Below, piece after piece: positions 35,511 to 35,936 of a stretch of DNA of 35,936 nucleotides (position 1 is its first letter; each line of letters starts with the position of its first letter). The DNA lies in the IMG/VR virus record IMGVR_UViG_3300032212_000089, positions 1 to 35,936 of that record; one strand, 5' to 3'. The translations under genes were made by a program, and so were the position numbers. The stretch comes from a virus (lineage: Duplodnaviria; Caudoviricetes). The notes below the pieces were generated by a model. The model had not been told where the DNA came from. It searched no databases and saw only the letters and a list, made by a program, of their open reading frames with translations.

Positions 35511-35807
35511 ATGGGAAAATTCACAACAGCAATCGCCGTTTCAATCCTAATCATATCGGCGTTATCAGGTTCGATCGGTTGGACTATCGGACAAATAGGA
35601 AGTTCAAGCAGTAAGGCCGCAAAGGAAGAAGCGGACAAAAGAGCAAGGAAAGCGGAAAACGAGTTAGACCAGACAAAGAAGCGTCGGTCGTTGTTTGTTC
35701 GGTCGGGTATGGAATTCCCCGAGATCGCCACACAAGACGCCCTGATCCGTTGGAACCTGGAAGGCGTCGAAAACCCAAAGGAATGGAAGGAAGTAAAGGT
35801 CCAGTGA
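35511..35807 (+). CDS. TM + coiled-coil hypothetical protein
   Basis: MGKFTTAIAVSILIISALSG N-terminal helix. Confidence 0.5.
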   Translation: MGKFTTAIAVSILIISALSGSIGWTIGQIGSSSSKAAKEEADKRARKAENELDQTKKRRSLFVRSGMEFPEIATQDALIRWNLEGVENPKEWKEVKVQ

Positions 35808-35936
35808 AGGAAAACCCCTACGAATTCAAAGCCAAGGACTTTGTCGGTTCGATAATCGAAAGTTTGGACAAGAATGGCGACGATTGGGAATCGATAAACA
35901 ATGATTACGTTTGCTTAACTAACCCAAAAGTAGGAA

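Noticed and set aside
597-35778. Most minus-strand and nested ORFs in the track
   Set aside because: Shadows of well-supported + strand genes; only the Arc-like, 21843-22055 and integrase ORFs were kept.
1-35936. Diversity-generating retroelement, terminal repeats or genome-wide stop-codon reassignment
   Set aside because: No reverse transcriptase or TR/VR pair seen; the window ends do not overlap; TAA, TAG and TGA all end normal genes, including ATGA overlaps.

Overview
The window looks like a near-complete (~36 kb) genome of a temperate tailed siphophage. The host is inferred, not proven, to be a Planctomycetota-like bacterium. Almost all genes are on the + strand, in this order: GpA-like terminase, lambda-type portal, fused protease/scaffold/Mu-gpT-like capsid, neck and tail genes, a 538-aa tape measure, a LamG+PhoD-like protein, a membrane/lysis region (holin-like, PAS, lipase, papain-like protease), a truncated tyrosine integrase with a tRNA-Leu(TAG) attP, a small HTH regulator, two CsrA homologues, Erf/YqaJ recombination genes, a WYL-like protein, a ParB-like protein, an SF2 helicase, a truncated C5 methyltransferase, a NinG-like nuclease and many small ORFs. 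Two non-coding signals stand out. (1) A ~64-nt stem-loop directly behind the attP tRNA fragment carries UCCUUCCGUUGGUGUGUGGUAAC. This is complementary to a TACCACAC...ACGGAAGG motif found just upstream of the start codons of about 8 phage genes, suggesting an integration-activated, tRNA-trailer antisense RNA that silences the phage. (2) Nine perfect copies of the 16-bp palindrome GTGGCTTTAAAGCCAC are dispersed across the genome. All protein calls come from motif recognition by eye; no database searches were run.
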